Program-made: the position numbers and the translations under genes | IMG/VR virus record: IMGVR_UViG_3300026320_000001 | Coordinates: 64,001 to 128,000 of that record | DNA from: a virus | Strand: one strand, 5' to 3' | Length of the DNA stretch: 64,000 nt | Part shown: positions 21,334 to 31,610 of the stretch, one piece after another | How positions within the stretch are numbered: position 1 is the stretch's first letter | Layout of the letters: each line of letters starts with the position of its first letter | Notes under the pieces: generated by a model | Seen by the model: only the letters and a program-made list of their open reading frames with translations | The model's database searches: none | Told to the model about the DNA's origin: nothing

Positions 21334-22953
21334 ATGGGATTTGCAGATGATATAATGAAATTGAGATATTCTTGGGATAAAAAAGATGGAACAAAAGAAG
21401 AATGGCCTGATATAGCCAAAAGAGTAGTTAAAAATGTTTTCTCTTCAGTTGAATTTGAAAATAAAAAAGAAATTTCTGATAGAATTATACAATTAATTTC
21501 TGAAAGAAAATTTATTCCGGGTGGCAGATTTCTTGCACAATCAGGAAGAGATTATCATCAGGTGAATAATTGTTTTTTATTAAAAGTTGAAGATACAAGA
21601 GAATCTTGGGGTGATTTGGCAAATAAAGCTACAATAATGTTAATGTCCGGCGGTGGATTAGGTGTGGATTATTCTGAACTTAGACCTAAAGATACTCCAT
21701 TAAAAAGAAGTGGGGGTGTCTCTTCAGGAGTTATTCCTTTGATGAAAATGATAAATGAAATTGGCAGAGGAGTTATGTCTGGTGGAAAACGAAGAAGTGC
21801 AATTTGGGCTGGACTTAGATGGAATCATGGAGATATATTTGATTTCGTAAATATTAAAAATTGGTCTGAAGATATTAAAAAATTGAAACAAAAAGATTTT
21901 GATTTTCCAGCACCTATGGATATGACTAATATATCTGTTATATTAGATAAAGATTTTTTTGATGCTTATGAAAATAAAGAAAACGAAAAACATAAACATG
22001 CACAAAATGTTTATTGGCAAGTAATAGAAAATATGACTAAATCTGGAGAACCCGGCTTTAGTATTGATTATGAAAATAAAAAAGAATCTTTAAGAAATGC
22101 ATGCACTGAAATTGTATCGGAAGAAGATTCGGATGTATGTTGTTTAGGTTCTATAAATTTATCTCAAATAAAAGATATAAATGAATTAAAAGAAGTTACT
22201 GAGTTGGGACAATTATTTTTGATTGTTGGAACTGAATATTCTGATGTTCCACATCCAAAAGTAAAAGAAATACAAAAAAGATTAAGAAGAACTGGATTAG
22301 GATTGATGGGGTTTCATGAATGGTTAATTCGTAGAAATTATAAATACGAACCAAATGAAGAATTGGGAGAATGGTTATCTGTTTGGGAAAAAGAATCTAA
22401 TAAATCAGCTAAAAAATGGTCAAAAATATTAGGTTTTAATGAACCGATTAAAAAACGTGCCATTGCACCAAATGGAACTATTTCAATTGCCGGAGGACAA
22501 ACAACATCTGGCATAGAGCCTATTTTTAGCGTAGCATATCAAAGAAGATATTTGACCCCTGATGGATGGAAAAAACAATATGTCGTTGATTTTGTAGCAG
22601 AAAAATTACATGAAGAAGGATATGATGTCTCACAAATTGAAGATGCATATTCATTAAGTTTAAATGTTGAAAAAAGAATATCATTTCAAGCATTTGTTCA
22701 AAAATATGTTGATAATTCAATTTCATCCACGATAAATATGCCAGCTTATGAAACATTGGGAAATAATGATTATAAAAAATTTGGTAAAATATTAATGAAA
22801 TATTTGCCTCAACTAAGAGGGATAACCGTATATCCCGATGGAAGTAGGGGCGGGCAACCATTAACTCCTGTTTCATTTGATTTTGCTATATCAAAAAAGA
22901 ACGTTGTTTTTGAAGGAAGTGAAGAATGTGCAGATGGTATTTGTGGTGTATAA
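21334..22953 (+). CDS. nrdJ: class II (adenosylcobalamin-dependent) ribonucleotide reductase
   Basis: PGGR, NNCF, GGGLG, GEPG, NACTE, CCLGS, APNGT, SGIEP, C-terminal CADGICGV; no beta subunit adjacent. Confidence 0.9.
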   Translation: MGFADDIMKLRYSWDKKDGTKEEWPDIAKRVVKNVFSSVEFENKKEISDRIIQLISERKFIPGGRFLAQSGRDYHQVNNCFLLKVEDTRESWGDLANKATIMLMSGGGLGVDYSELRPKDTPLKRSGGVSSGVIPLMKMINEIGRGVMSGGKRRSAIWAGLRWNHGDIFDFVNIKNWSEDIKKLKQKDFDFPAPMDMTNISVILDKDFFDAYENKENEKHKHAQNVYWQVIENMTKSGEPGFSIDYENKKESLRNACTEIVSEEDSDVCCLGSINLSQIKDINELKEVTELGQLFLIVGTEYSDVPHPKVKEIQKRLRRTGLGLMGFHEWLIRRNYKYEPNEELGEWLSVWEKESNKSAKKWSKILGFNEPIKKRAIAPNGTISIAGGQTTSGIEPIFSVAYQRRYLTPDGWKKQYVVDFVAEKLHEEGYDVSQIEDAYSLSLNVEKRISFQAFVQKYVDNSISSTINMPAYETLGNNDYKKFGKILMKYLPQLRGITVYPDGSRGGQPLTPVSFDFAISKKNVVFEGSEECADGICGV

Positions 22954-22961
22954 TATAATTG

Positions 22962-22979
22962 ATAGAATCAAAATTTTAT
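22962..22979. repeat. junction inverted repeat (variant)
   Basis: ttgATAGAA TCAAAA TTTTATaaa just after the nrdJ stop. Confidence 0.7.
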
Positions 22980-22986
22980 AAATAGT

Positions 22987-23021
22987 AAAAAAAATACCCT
23001 AGAATTTTCTAGGGTATTTTT
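22987..23021. terminator. bidirectional intrinsic terminator between the convergent arms
   Basis: A-tract-TACCCTAGAA/TTCTAGGGTA-T-tract. Confidence 0.9.
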
Positions 23022-23023
23022 AT

Positions 23024-23845
23024 TTAAAACATTATGAAAAATGATGATGCAAGTAACGTAGGAGCAACAAAAGTACCATTTGAAGTAAATGAATGAATAG
23101 TTTTTCCTCCAGAATGTGTAATTGTTCCTCCGGTTCCATCAACTACACCAGCAGAAGTATAGGATAAAACGCAAATTCCTGAGCCACCATTACCTCCATT
23201 ACTTGCGCCAGCACCACCACCACCGCCGCCGCCAGTATTTGCTGTTCCATTACTTCCTGCTCCTGATGATGCTCCATTTCCGCCTCCACCGGTTCCTCCT
23301 GTTCCACCAGTTCCACCATTTATTCCTCCGCCACCACCGCCAGCATATGTAACCGATGCTCCTGTTATTGATGATGCAAGCCCGGCTCCACCGTTACCTC
23401 CCACACTTGTTGTTCCATTATTTCCTACTGCATTTTTTCCACCACCACCACCAGTTCCAAAGTTTGCAGATGTAACGCCAGTACCACCACTTGAACCTTG
23501 TCCACCTGTACCTGCACCAGCGGTTCCACTAAATCCAGCACCACCGCCAGAACCTCCAGTACGTCCCGGATATTTACTTGTATCAGCACCAGACGCAGTT
23601 CCACCACCACCACCTTTTGTTGATGTATGGCTATTCCATGTCGAGTCATTTCCATCTGTTCCTTGTGTTGCCGTTCCTCCAGTTGCACCAGCACCTCCAC
23701 CTCCAACAACAACGGGTAGAGATGCTGAAGTAGCAACGGCATCTGTTCCGGTAATCATTCCACCGGCACCACCGCCACCTCCAATAATATTTGCTCCACC
23801 ACCTCCACCAGCCACAAGTAAATAATCTATATTTATGTTTGCCAT
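23024..23845 (-). CDS. glycine-rich virion/tail-associated protein
   Basis: DYLLVAGGGGG...GGSGICVLSY...IHSFTSNGTF glycine-rich domain. Confidence 0.75.
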   Translation of the reverse strand: MANINIDYLLVAGGGGGANIIGGGGGAGGMITGTDAVATSASLPVVVGGGGAGATGGTATQGTDGNDSTWNSHTSTKGGGGGTASGADTSKYPGRTGGSGGGAGFSGTAGAGTGGQGSSGGTGVTSANFGTGGGGGKNAVGNNGTTSVGGNGGAGLASSITGASVTYAGGGGGGINGGTGGTGGTGGGGNGASSGAGSNGTANTGGGGGGGAGASNGGNGGSGICVLSYTSAGVVDGTGGTITHSGGKTIHSFTSNGTFVAPTLLASSFFIMF

Positions 23846-25597
23846 TTAAGCCTCTTGTGCCGATGCAACCAAGTCCCACTTTGTATCTGTTGAATTATAG
23901 ATAAATCCAAGATATAAAGTTTTACTTATTACAGTTGTTGTTGGCAATGCCGTTCCCATAGCCCTATAGATTGCATTAAAAGCTAAGGCTCTAGCTGTAG
24001 CATTATCTTTTATACGAATAGTTAATTTATATCCTTGTTTTGGACTTCCTCCGGGAATACCAAAAGTAGGTGCGGTAGCAAGAGCGGTAACAGTAAATAA
24101 TAAATTATTAATTGCCGCTGTTGGAGTCGGGGTTGAACTTGAAGTAATTGTTTCTGTAGGAATATCTATACTTGGTAATCCACCACTGTAATATAAATTT
24201 GTTCCATCAGAAATAAATTCCAATACAGTTACAGAACTGGCAACTAAATTAACTTGAGGAACATTGATAAATACAGCGTTCCATGTTGGATTTCTTCCTC
24301 CAGTTCCATCCTGTGTTAAAACAAGCGTGTATATGCCACCAACTTTCAAATTTGTTGGAGCGGCAAATGTTCTGCTTCCACCAAATGTAACTGTAGCATA
24401 ACTTCCACTATTTGTATCCCAAGATATTGTTGCACCATCGGTAAGTGCAAACGATGTTTGAGCAGGATTTGTAAGTGTTTTATTTGTTAAAATATCGGTC
24501 GTTGCTTTTCCAACTAAAGTATCAGTTGCATCTGGCAATGTCAATGTTCTATCATTTGTATGAGATGAAAGTATTGTCATTGTTTTTCCGGTAGTTGCAC
24601 CACCTAGAGATGTTTTTAATGCTTTTGTTACATCAGAAACATTTCCAAAATAAGATGTTGAATCTGACAATATTTTATTTGTTAAAGTATCTGTTGTTGT
24701 TTTTCCAATTAAAGTATCTGTTATATCTGGCAATGTCAAGCTTCTATCGTTTGTATGAGAAGAAACAATAGTCATTGTTTTTGCTGTTGTTGAACCGCCT
24801 AAAGATGTTTTTAATATTTTTGTAGCATCAGAAACATTAACAAAATATGATGTTGAATCAGAAAATAATTTATTTGTTAAAGTAGATGCTACCGCATCAT
24901 AATAAGTTTTTATGGTTGCTTTTAAATTTGCCCATGTTAATTTTTTAAGGACATTTGATGCCGCACTATCCACCAATGGAATTTCATCAGCATCTACGGG
25001 AGTTGCTTTTGTTGTTGCGGCATGAGTGGTATCTGCAAGCATTCCTGCTTGTGTGGTTGTTCCTAATAATGTATTATCAGAATTGACCGTAACAAGATTT
25101 CCTGAAGTACCAACTATATTTATTTGGTCTGCACTATTTGCTGACACCCATAACCATCTAGTCCCATCAAATATAAATAAATATTCTCTTCCAATTGTTA
25201 AATCTGAACCAGTTAAATTTATAGCAGTGCCAGAACTATTATTTTTCATTACGGATTTAATTCCCAATGAATTTATATTTAAAGTTACAGTTCCACTAGA
25301 TGTAGTATCTAAAGTTAATATTATTGTCATACCAGTTACATAAGATGTTATCGCTGTTATACCTGTAACGGCATAAAAATTTGCAGATTGAAACAATGCT
25401 GTTACTGGAATAGAACCCCTTGTAGATTGCAAGCTTGTAATTTGTGCGGCTTGGACACCATATGCAGTATCTATTTTATAAAAATTGCTTGTTGATGATG
25501 GGCCATCAATAACAGCCCTCCAAGTTGCAAAAGTTGCCGCTTGGTCGCCAGTTGAATCATATAAGACTAATCCTAAATTCGGAGTTGTAGTAGTCAT
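23846..25597 (-). CDS. tail fibre / receptor-binding protein
   Basis: TTPNLGL N-terminus, TLTNK repeats, LTQDGTGGR module, Thr/Ser-rich. Confidence 0.75.
   Translation of the reverse strand: MTTTTPNLGLVLYDSTGDQAATFATWRAVIDGPSSTSNFYKIDTAYGVQAAQITSLQSTRGSIPVTALFQSANFYAVTGITAITSYVTGMTIILTLDTTSSGTVTLNINSLGIKSVMKNNSSGTAINLTGSDLTIGREYLFIFDGTRWLWVSANSADQINIVGTSGNLVTVNSDNTLLGTTTQAGMLADTTHAATTKATPVDADEIPLVDSAASNVLKKLTWANLKATIKTYYDAVASTLTNKLFSDSTSYFVNVSDATKILKTSLGGSTTAKTMTIVSSHTNDRSLTLPDITDTLIGKTTTDTLTNKILSDSTSYFGNVSDVTKALKTSLGGATTGKTMTILSSHTNDRTLTLPDATDTLVGKATTDILTNKTLTNPAQTSFALTDGATISWDTNSGSYATVTFGGSRTFAAPTNLKVGGIYTLVLTQDGTGGRNPTWNAVFINVPQVNLVASSVTVLEFISDGTNLYYSGGLPSIDIPTETITSSSTPTPTAAINNLLFTVTALATAPTFGIPGGSPKQGYKLTIRIKDNATARALAFNAIYRAMGTALPTTTVISKTLYLGFIYNSTDTKWDLVASAQEA
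24470..24890 (-). repeat. 195-bp (65-aa) tandem repeat in the fibre gene
   Basis: TLTNK...SDSTSYF.NVSD.TK.LKTSLGG.TT.KTMTI.SSHTNDR.LTLPD.TDTL, two copies plus a partial. Confidence 0.85.
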
Positions 25598-25615
25598 TAT
25601 TTTTTTCCTTTCTGA

Positions 25616-26101
25616 TTACGTTAATGTGTAATCCATAGTTCCTAAAGTTTGTGTATCTAATGTCCCTAATGTTTGAGGGTCAAAATCTCCCAATAAATTA
25701 AAAATAGCATAAATTGCTGTTGCAGTTACATGAATTTTTCCTTCATTTATTATTGTAATTATTTTTTGTTTAGCACGAGAAATAAATATAATATCTATTT
25801 GACTGTTTATAATAACTACAAATTTCATTATTTGTTTCATTGAATAGTTTATTTTAATATATTTAGCATTAATTGTTTGTGTAATTTTTGTTATCAATTT
25901 TACAATTGAAACTAATAATTTAATTTTTTTTACATTTATTGTAGCACTTGCTTTACTTAATATTGTGGCAACAAATAAAATATCTAATTGTTGTATAATT
26001 CTAAAAATAAGTGTTGTAGCAAATTGAAATCCAGATATGAATAAAGAAAAAGTTTTATTTTTTCTATTTATTAATTTAAAAGATTTTTTATTTATATTCA
26101 T
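25616..26101 (-). CDS. hypothetical tail-module protein
   Basis: ORF track, RBS, position. Confidence 0.55.
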   Translation of the reverse strand: MNINKKSFKLINRKNKTFSLFISGFQFATTLIFRIIQQLDILFVATILSKASATINVKKIKLLVSIVKLITKITQTINAKYIKINYSMKQIMKFVVIINSQIDIIFISRAKQKIITIINEGKIHVTATAIYAIFNLLGDFDPQTLGTLDTQTLGTMDYTLT

Positions 26102-26118
26102 AACGAATAATTCCTATA

Positions 26119-26526
26119 TTAAGAATTGTTCATTTGAACAGTAATAGCACCAATAGCAAATAAAACTGTTGTTGCAGATGCAACGGCTCTTGATGGTGTC
26201 AATACGTCAAAAAACCAAATATTTCCTGATGTCAATGCATCAGAAATAAATACATAAGTTATAGTTCCCCATGATGCCGTACTTTCTGCAAATGTTACTG
26301 CCGCTGAATTTGTTAAAATTCCATTTGATGCTGTTCCCCAATTTGTTTTATCATTTACCAGTGCAACTCTGGCATAAGAACCACCAGAAGGTTCAGTTGC
26401 TCCCGTACCATCAATAGCAATAGCTGTTGTTGATAATCCAAAATACATTGTTCCGGGTGGAGTATATGCAACCGAACCAAAATTTCTATCTATAATTTTA
26501 TTTGCGCTAAAATATGTAATCGCCAT
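26119..26526 (-). CDS. minor tail/fibre-associated protein
   Basis: EPSGGSYARV...N...TF..STASWGTITY...DALTSGN motif common in phage tail modules. Confidence 0.7.
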   Translation of the reverse strand: MAITYFSANKIIDRNFGSVAYTPPGTMYFGLSTTAIAIDGTGATEPSGGSYARVALVNDKTNWGTASNGILTNSAAVTFAESTASWGTITYVFISDALTSGNIWFFDVLTPSRAVASATTVLFAIGAITVQMNNS

Positions 26527-26527
26527 T

Positions 26528-27451
26528 TTATTTTTTCTCCTTTTTTATTCCATTTGGAAAATTTAATTTTCTTGATAAATCATTCTGAATAACATAATTA
26601 TCATATGATATTGCAGAATCTATTTCATTTTTAAAATATCCCAAACATATTCTTTTATTTTTTATTGTTATTCTAGTTCTCCATAAATTACAACGAGTAT
26701 CAAAAATAACACCAATATAAATACTCGATTGTCTTGAAATATGTTCTTGTTCTAATTTATCAATTATTTTTTGATTTTTTTTAATTTCTTTTTTCGTTAT
26801 TTTATTTAATTTTGATTTATCATATCCATAATATTTTATTAATCCATCATTATATGCTAAAGCCGCAGAAATTTCAGTTTTATGATAGCCGAGAGAATGT
26901 TTTATTTTTAAATACATTATTTCTGCGTGCCATGAATTATTAAATCTATCCCAATAAACACCGACATATTTACTTGATGTATTTGAGTGTTTAGAACCTA
27001 AACTTGAAATAACCCTAGAATCTTTTTCTTTTTGAGATTGTTTTCTTCCCTTCGTATTGGTATTACCCATCATTGCAATGGACATTTTTTTGTTTCTCTC
27101 TTTTGTATGTCTTCTTCCAAGCATCGGAGCTATTCCACCCGGAGAAATATTATATCCATTTGGTTTTTGAGATTTTAATTTTTTTATCAAATGAATCTCT
27201 CTTATGTGTAATTTTTCCACTTTGCAGAATTCTAAAACACCAATTTCAAAATTTTCTTCACCATATTTATTCCAAGAATTTTGTAATATTAGACAATCAT
27301 CATCATTTTTCCTCAATTCTCTGAGATGTCCCATTATTCTATTCCTCAAATCTTTAGCTTGACCAATATATAATTTTTCATTTATTATGTTTTTAAAATA
27401 ATATATTCCAGACTTGCCTTCTAAATCTTCAAATAAATTTATCTTTTTCAT
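26528..27451 (-). CDS. GIY-YIG endonuclease with two AP2 domains
   Basis: SGIYYFKN...LYIGQA, GYNISPGG, SSKYVGV...AALAYN, SSIYIGV...SAISYD. Confidence 0.9.
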   Translation of the reverse strand: MKKINLFEDLEGKSGIYYFKNIINEKLYIGQAKDLRNRIMGHLRELRKNDDDCLILQNSWNKYGEENFEIGVLEFCKVEKLHIREIHLIKKLKSQKPNGYNISPGGIAPMLGRRHTKERNKKMSIAMMGNTNTKGRKQSQKEKDSRVISSLGSKHSNTSSKYVGVYWDRFNNSWHAEIMYLKIKHSLGYHKTEISAALAYNDGLIKYYGYDKSKLNKITKKEIKKNQKIIDKLEQEHISRQSSIYIGVIFDTRCNLWRTRITIKNKRICLGYFKNEIDSAISYDNYVIQNDLSRKLNFPNGIKKEKK

Positions 27452-27457
27452 TTTGTT

Positions 27458-27814
27458 TTATGTTAATTCTATGCGGGGAAGAATGAGGCAGATTCCCTGT
27501 GCTGGACGATACTCACTTCCACCAAAACTTGTGATGATAGGTTGTTGAATATATTTTCCAAAAAATGTTTCTGTATTTGTAGCCGATAATTCAATTTTAA
27601 ATTTATTAGTAGCCGTTATTGTTCCAACAATATGTAGAACAGTAAAATCTGGTTGTCCATAAGGACATAAAACCCAATCTACTGTTGCTCCACCTAAATC
27701 TAAAGGAGTAACACCATCTTCTTCAAAAACTTCAAATTCAAGAGTATAAGTATTTCCAGCAATAAATGAAAATTCTTCGAGTGAATTTAAGGTTTTAAAA
27801 CTTATAAAAGACAT
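27458..27814 (-). CDS. BppU-like baseplate protein
   Basis: FIAGNTYTLEF...PLDLGGATV...L...T...GKYIQQ. Confidence 0.55.
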   Translation of the reverse strand: MSFISFKTLNSLEEFSFIAGNTYTLEFEVFEEDGVTPLDLGGATVDWVLCPYGQPDFTVLHIVGTITATNKFKIELSATNTETFFGKYIQQPIITSFGGSEYRPAQGICLILPRIELT

Positions 27815-28041
27815 TTAATTTTCCTCCTTTTTTTCTTCAGGTTTATTTTCTTCAATATTTTCAACAACAATCAAATTATCAAATATATTTTTTAATGCAA
27901 CTTTAGATAAAAAAATATGTTCTACTCCATTCCCTTTTACCTCTATTTCTGATAAATTGTTATTTATTTTTATTATTATTTCTTTTATTTCTATCTCGCT
28001 CTTATATTGAAACATACTATATTTTCCTTTTAAAAATTTAT

Positions 28042-30738
28042 TTAAGCTGTATATTGAACTAAAATTCCATTATCAAATCTCATAAATCTATTTCCAGCCG
28101 GAGTAGTTACATTGACTGTTTGATTTAAGCCTCTTCCAGAAACAAAACCATCGGGAGAATAAGTATATAATTTTCCTTCAATATTTATATGTGCAGAAGA
28201 TGGAACATTAAATATGATACCAAATTCAGAATGCATATTTATTCCACCACTATCTTGTAACATAAAATTAGCTCCTGAATTTGATGAAATTTCTATTTCT
28301 AATGGAGCCGCTATTGAAATAAAACCAGAAGTACCAGATGTAACACTAACTCCTCCGGGCCATTGTAAAGCAACTCCTGTTGGTGCAACTCCTGTTGATA
28401 TTTTTTGAAATGGTATGTTGGTCAATTGAGAATAATCAACAAGACCTAATAATTTTACTGCCTGAATATTTCCAGTAAAAGTTCCAGATGCTCCAGATAT
28501 ATTTCCACTAAAAGTTCCAGTAGCGGCACTCAATGCGCCTGCAAATGTTCCTGTTGCCGCAGATAAACTCCCTGCAAATGTTCCTGTTGCCGCAGATAGA
28601 GAACCGCTAAAAGTTCCAGTAGCGGCACTTAAAATACCAGCAAAATTTACATTACCAACATTATCAACCCAAAATTTATCAACAAAAGTTCCGCCTTGAT
28701 TTTTTTGAATATTCAAAACTTTGATTGCTGTTGGGTCAATAAATATTTTAGTATTTGTTGAAGTTAAAGTAAATTTAGCATTAGTTAATGTTGCACCTGT
28801 TTGGTCTAATACAAAATTATTTCCACCATTAGAAATTCTTAAAGAATTACCGGCAAGAATATTTCCGACGATAACACCACCAACAACACCATATGCTGTT
28901 CCACCGCCGGGAACAGATACCTCTCCAAGTGCTAATTTTGATGTTAAAAATCCATCATCTGAAAATGCTAAAACATTATTTACAAGCCATGCTTGTTTTA
29001 GACTATAAGTACCACCACTATAATTTCTTGCTCTTAATCCATTTTCATTAATAAGAATTTCTTGATTTGAATTGCTTATTAAATTATTTGTTGTTGTATT
29101 TAAATCAGATGTAATAAAATTTGTTACATCATCTTTATAATTATTACTCCAATTACTCCAATTATAATTATCAAAACTTACAGCAGAACCAGTTTTAACA
29201 ACATTTCCTACTAAGTCAGAATACATAAATCCACTTCCGTCAATTCTAACTCTATTACTAAATAGCATAGAAAAATTAATTGGGTCATTAAAACCAAATG
29301 TAATTTTTAATAACACTGTTTCTATAAAAACATCTGTTTCTATTTCAGCAATTACGGTTGCACCAACTTCTGTTTGAGTCGTAAAAACAGAGAATTCTTC
29401 CAATGCAATATAATTTGCTGAATTCATAGAAATTTCATATCTTGGTTGAGAAACTCTTGCCAATACTGTTATAGCTTGGTCATATAATGCTTGTTCAGCA
29501 TGTTGAATTTCTACTAAGGTCATAGAATCAGTTTGAATTATATTTTCATTTTTATATGTGTTTTCATATATGAAATTATTCAATTCTAATAATTGTGATG
29601 GACTAAAATTTGTTGAAAAACTAACCTGATTATTTATTGTAACTATACTAGTTGTTGTTGAATTTATTTGAGTTTGTTTATTTGTAATTAAAATTTGTTG
29701 TGCTGTTATTTGAGATTGTTTTGCGACCATTAGGGCGACAATATCAGAATAGGGGAGTCCCTGTTGTATTCTTACTTTTTGAACGCCCTCCAATGCTAAC
29801 AATTCAGAATTCAAAGTATCTAAAGTACCATTTAAAACTATTAATTCTGAATTATAAGTTATTAATAAAGTCAATAAATTAGCATAACTCAACTGAAGAG
29901 AATCAATTAAATTATTCCAATTATTAACTGCTGTTACAAGACTGGAACTCATCCAATTAGAATTTGTATAATAAGAAAAATCATATATCTTATCTGTTCC
30001 TAAAGGATTTACTGCACGTATATTTAAAACACCTCCACCATAAACAGATAGACATGTGGTTATTTCATCACTTTTTTCAGAAAATGTTGCATCTTTTATT
30101 ATGTTATCAAAACTTAAAAATATATCAGTTTGTATTGTTGCATTTTCTATTGTTTTTGCTGAAATAGTTTTATTATCAGTATCAAAAAAGAAAACACATT
30201 CAAATGCTTTACACACATCTACCATTAAAAAATTATAAATGTTTGTATCTGAAACATTGAATGTTCTAAATTTAACCATTAATTCTGTATCAATATTTCC
30301 AATAGACCATGTTGGTGCAAGCTTAATCATATCATCAAGAAGTGTTCCAGCAGGACTAACAATGTTATATAAAGCAACTGTTCCACCATAGGCAACCAAT
30401 CTTTTTGAAATTAAATCTGCTTCTAAAGAATTGCATGTTACTTTTTTTATTGGAATTGAACCATTCAAATCTTCTTCAGAATCAATAATTAAAAAATATC
30501 CATATCCTTCAATTCTAACAAGTCTTTTGTTTTGAATATAATCATATGCTTCTATGTTTGTTGTTCCACCATCTATACTTTTAGGAAAATCAAATTTGAA
30601 TTCACTAAGAGAATTAAAATTTAAATTTATTTCTGTATTATATGCAAGACCCAATGAATATAATTCCGATTTATCCGGGTTGCACAGAAGGATAAAAGGT
30701 ATTTCAGGTTGACCAAAGAAATCAAATTGGACATCCAT
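28042..30738 (-). CDS. tail tip / Tal-like protein
   Basis: Follows Dit; endopeptidase-tail-like N-terminus, coiled coil, C-terminal GTF.G.LSAAT repeats. Confidence 0.75.
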   Translation of the reverse strand: MDVQFDFFGQPEIPFILLCNPDKSELYSLGLAYNTEINLNFNSLSEFKFDFPKSIDGGTTNIEAYDYIQNKRLVRIEGYGYFLIIDSEEDLNGSIPIKKVTCNSLEADLISKRLVAYGGTVALYNIVSPAGTLLDDMIKLAPTWSIGNIDTELMVKFRTFNVSDTNIYNFLMVDVCKAFECVFFFDTDNKTISAKTIENATIQTDIFLSFDNIIKDATFSEKSDEITTCLSVYGGGVLNIRAVNPLGTDKIYDFSYYTNSNWMSSSLVTAVNNWNNLIDSLQLSYANLLTLLITYNSELIVLNGTLDTLNSELLALEGVQKVRIQQGLPYSDIVALMVAKQSQITAQQILITNKQTQINSTTTSIVTINNQVSFSTNFSPSQLLELNNFIYENTYKNENIIQTDSMTLVEIQHAEQALYDQAITVLARVSQPRYEISMNSANYIALEEFSVFTTQTEVGATVIAEIETDVFIETVLLKITFGFNDPINFSMLFSNRVRIDGSGFMYSDLVGNVVKTGSAVSFDNYNWSNWSNNYKDDVTNFITSDLNTTTNNLISNSNQEILINENGLRARNYSGGTYSLKQAWLVNNVLAFSDDGFLTSKLALGEVSVPGGGTAYGVVGGVIVGNILAGNSLRISNGGNNFVLDQTGATLTNAKFTLTSTNTKIFIDPTAIKVLNIQKNQGGTFVDKFWVDNVGNVNFAGILSAATGTFSGSLSAATGTFAGSLSAATGTFAGALSAATGTFSGNISGASGTFTGNIQAVKLLGLVDYSQLTNIPFQKISTGVAPTGVALQWPGGVSVTSGTSGFISIAAPLEIEISSNSGANFMLQDSGGINMHSEFGIIFNVPSSAHINIEGKLYTYSPDGFVSGRGLNQTVNVTTPAGNRFMRFDNGILVQYTA
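28474..28640 (-). repeat. 33-bp (11-aa) tandem repeats GTF(A/S)GxLSAAT
   Basis: About 5 copies visible in both protein and DNA. Confidence 0.85.
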
Positions 30739-30756
30739 ATTATTTAACCTCCTTTT

Positions 30757-31554
30757 TTACCCACCAATTTTTTTGGCGATTGTTTGAGTTGTCATAGAAA
30801 ATTGTGCGATATTTCCTTGTATTCTTAATCTATTAACTCCCGGAACTAATCTCAAAAAATGTTTATTGAATTTTGATAATCTTTTCAATCCAGTTGAAGA
30901 AGATATTGTTTGTAAACTATTATCTATAGTAATTACTTCATTAGCAGAAAGGGCGGTAAAAGTAAACATTCTATTATTATCATCAAGATTTGTTATATTT
31001 ATATTTCCACCAAAAGAATTACAAGTAAGAATATTGGATGGATATAAATAAGAACCTATATCATCTGAAATATTATTAAAAGTAATTGTAGCATCAACAA
31101 CAGGAACAACATAATTATACACAACAGTTTTTGGAAAATTAAAAGCAAATGGAGCATTACAATTAACTGTAAATTTTACTCCTGTTAATAAATTACCAAT
31201 TCTAACAATTTTTGGGTCATTTAATATTGCGTCAAAATAAACTAATTGCATATCATCTTCATCAATTTGAAGACGTTGATATGTTCTACTAGAAAAAAAG
31301 ACTTTTTGAATTAATTGAAAAAAATCAGCATCAATTTCTTCGTTACTAAAAGCTGTCATTTCAAAAGATAAAACTGGAGATGGAGTTGCACCATAAAAAA
31401 ATGGTGTTGCCCGTCTATATAATTTTTGATTTAATATTTCCATTGAACTTGAACCCATTGATTCATTAACTGCTTGTGCATCTATATTGGAAATTCTTAG
31501 TCCATATAATTCCGAAGGAATCCCCCCGTAGAGGAAAGAGCTACCATAAAACAT
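30757..31554 (-). CDS. distal tail protein (Dit)
   Basis: Directly after the TMP; CNAPFA, ITIDN, FLRLVPGVNRL. Confidence 0.8.
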   Translation of the reverse strand: MFYGSSFLYGGIPSELYGLRISNIDAQAVNESMGSSSMEILNQKLYRRATPFFYGATPSPVLSFEMTAFSNEEIDADFFQLIQKVFFSSRTYQRLQIDEDDMQLVYFDAILNDPKIVRIGNLLTGVKFTVNCNAPFAFNFPKTVVYNYVVPVVDATITFNNISDDIGSYLYPSNILTCNSFGGNINITNLDDNNRMFTFTALSANEVITIDNSLQTISSSTGLKRLSKFNKHFLRLVPGVNRLRIQGNIAQFSMTTQTIAKKIGG

Positions 31555-31571
31555 ATTTTCTCCTTTCTATA

Positions 31572-31605
31572 TATAAACCCTTATTTATTATAATAAGGGT
31601 TTATA
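31572..31605 (-). terminator. hairpin after the tape measure gene
   Basis: TATAAACCCTTATT...AATAAGGGTTTATA. Confidence 0.5.
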
Positions 31606-31610
31606 ATTAA

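Noticed and set aside
8310-22953. Inteins or introns in dnaE or nrdJ
   Set aside because: Motif spacing is continuous, sizes are normal to compact, and I saw no intein splice-junction motifs
23024-30738. Diversity-generating retroelement acting on fibre genes
   Set aside because: No reverse transcriptase; the internal repeats are in-frame tandem protein repeats, not a TR/VR pair with adenine-specific differences
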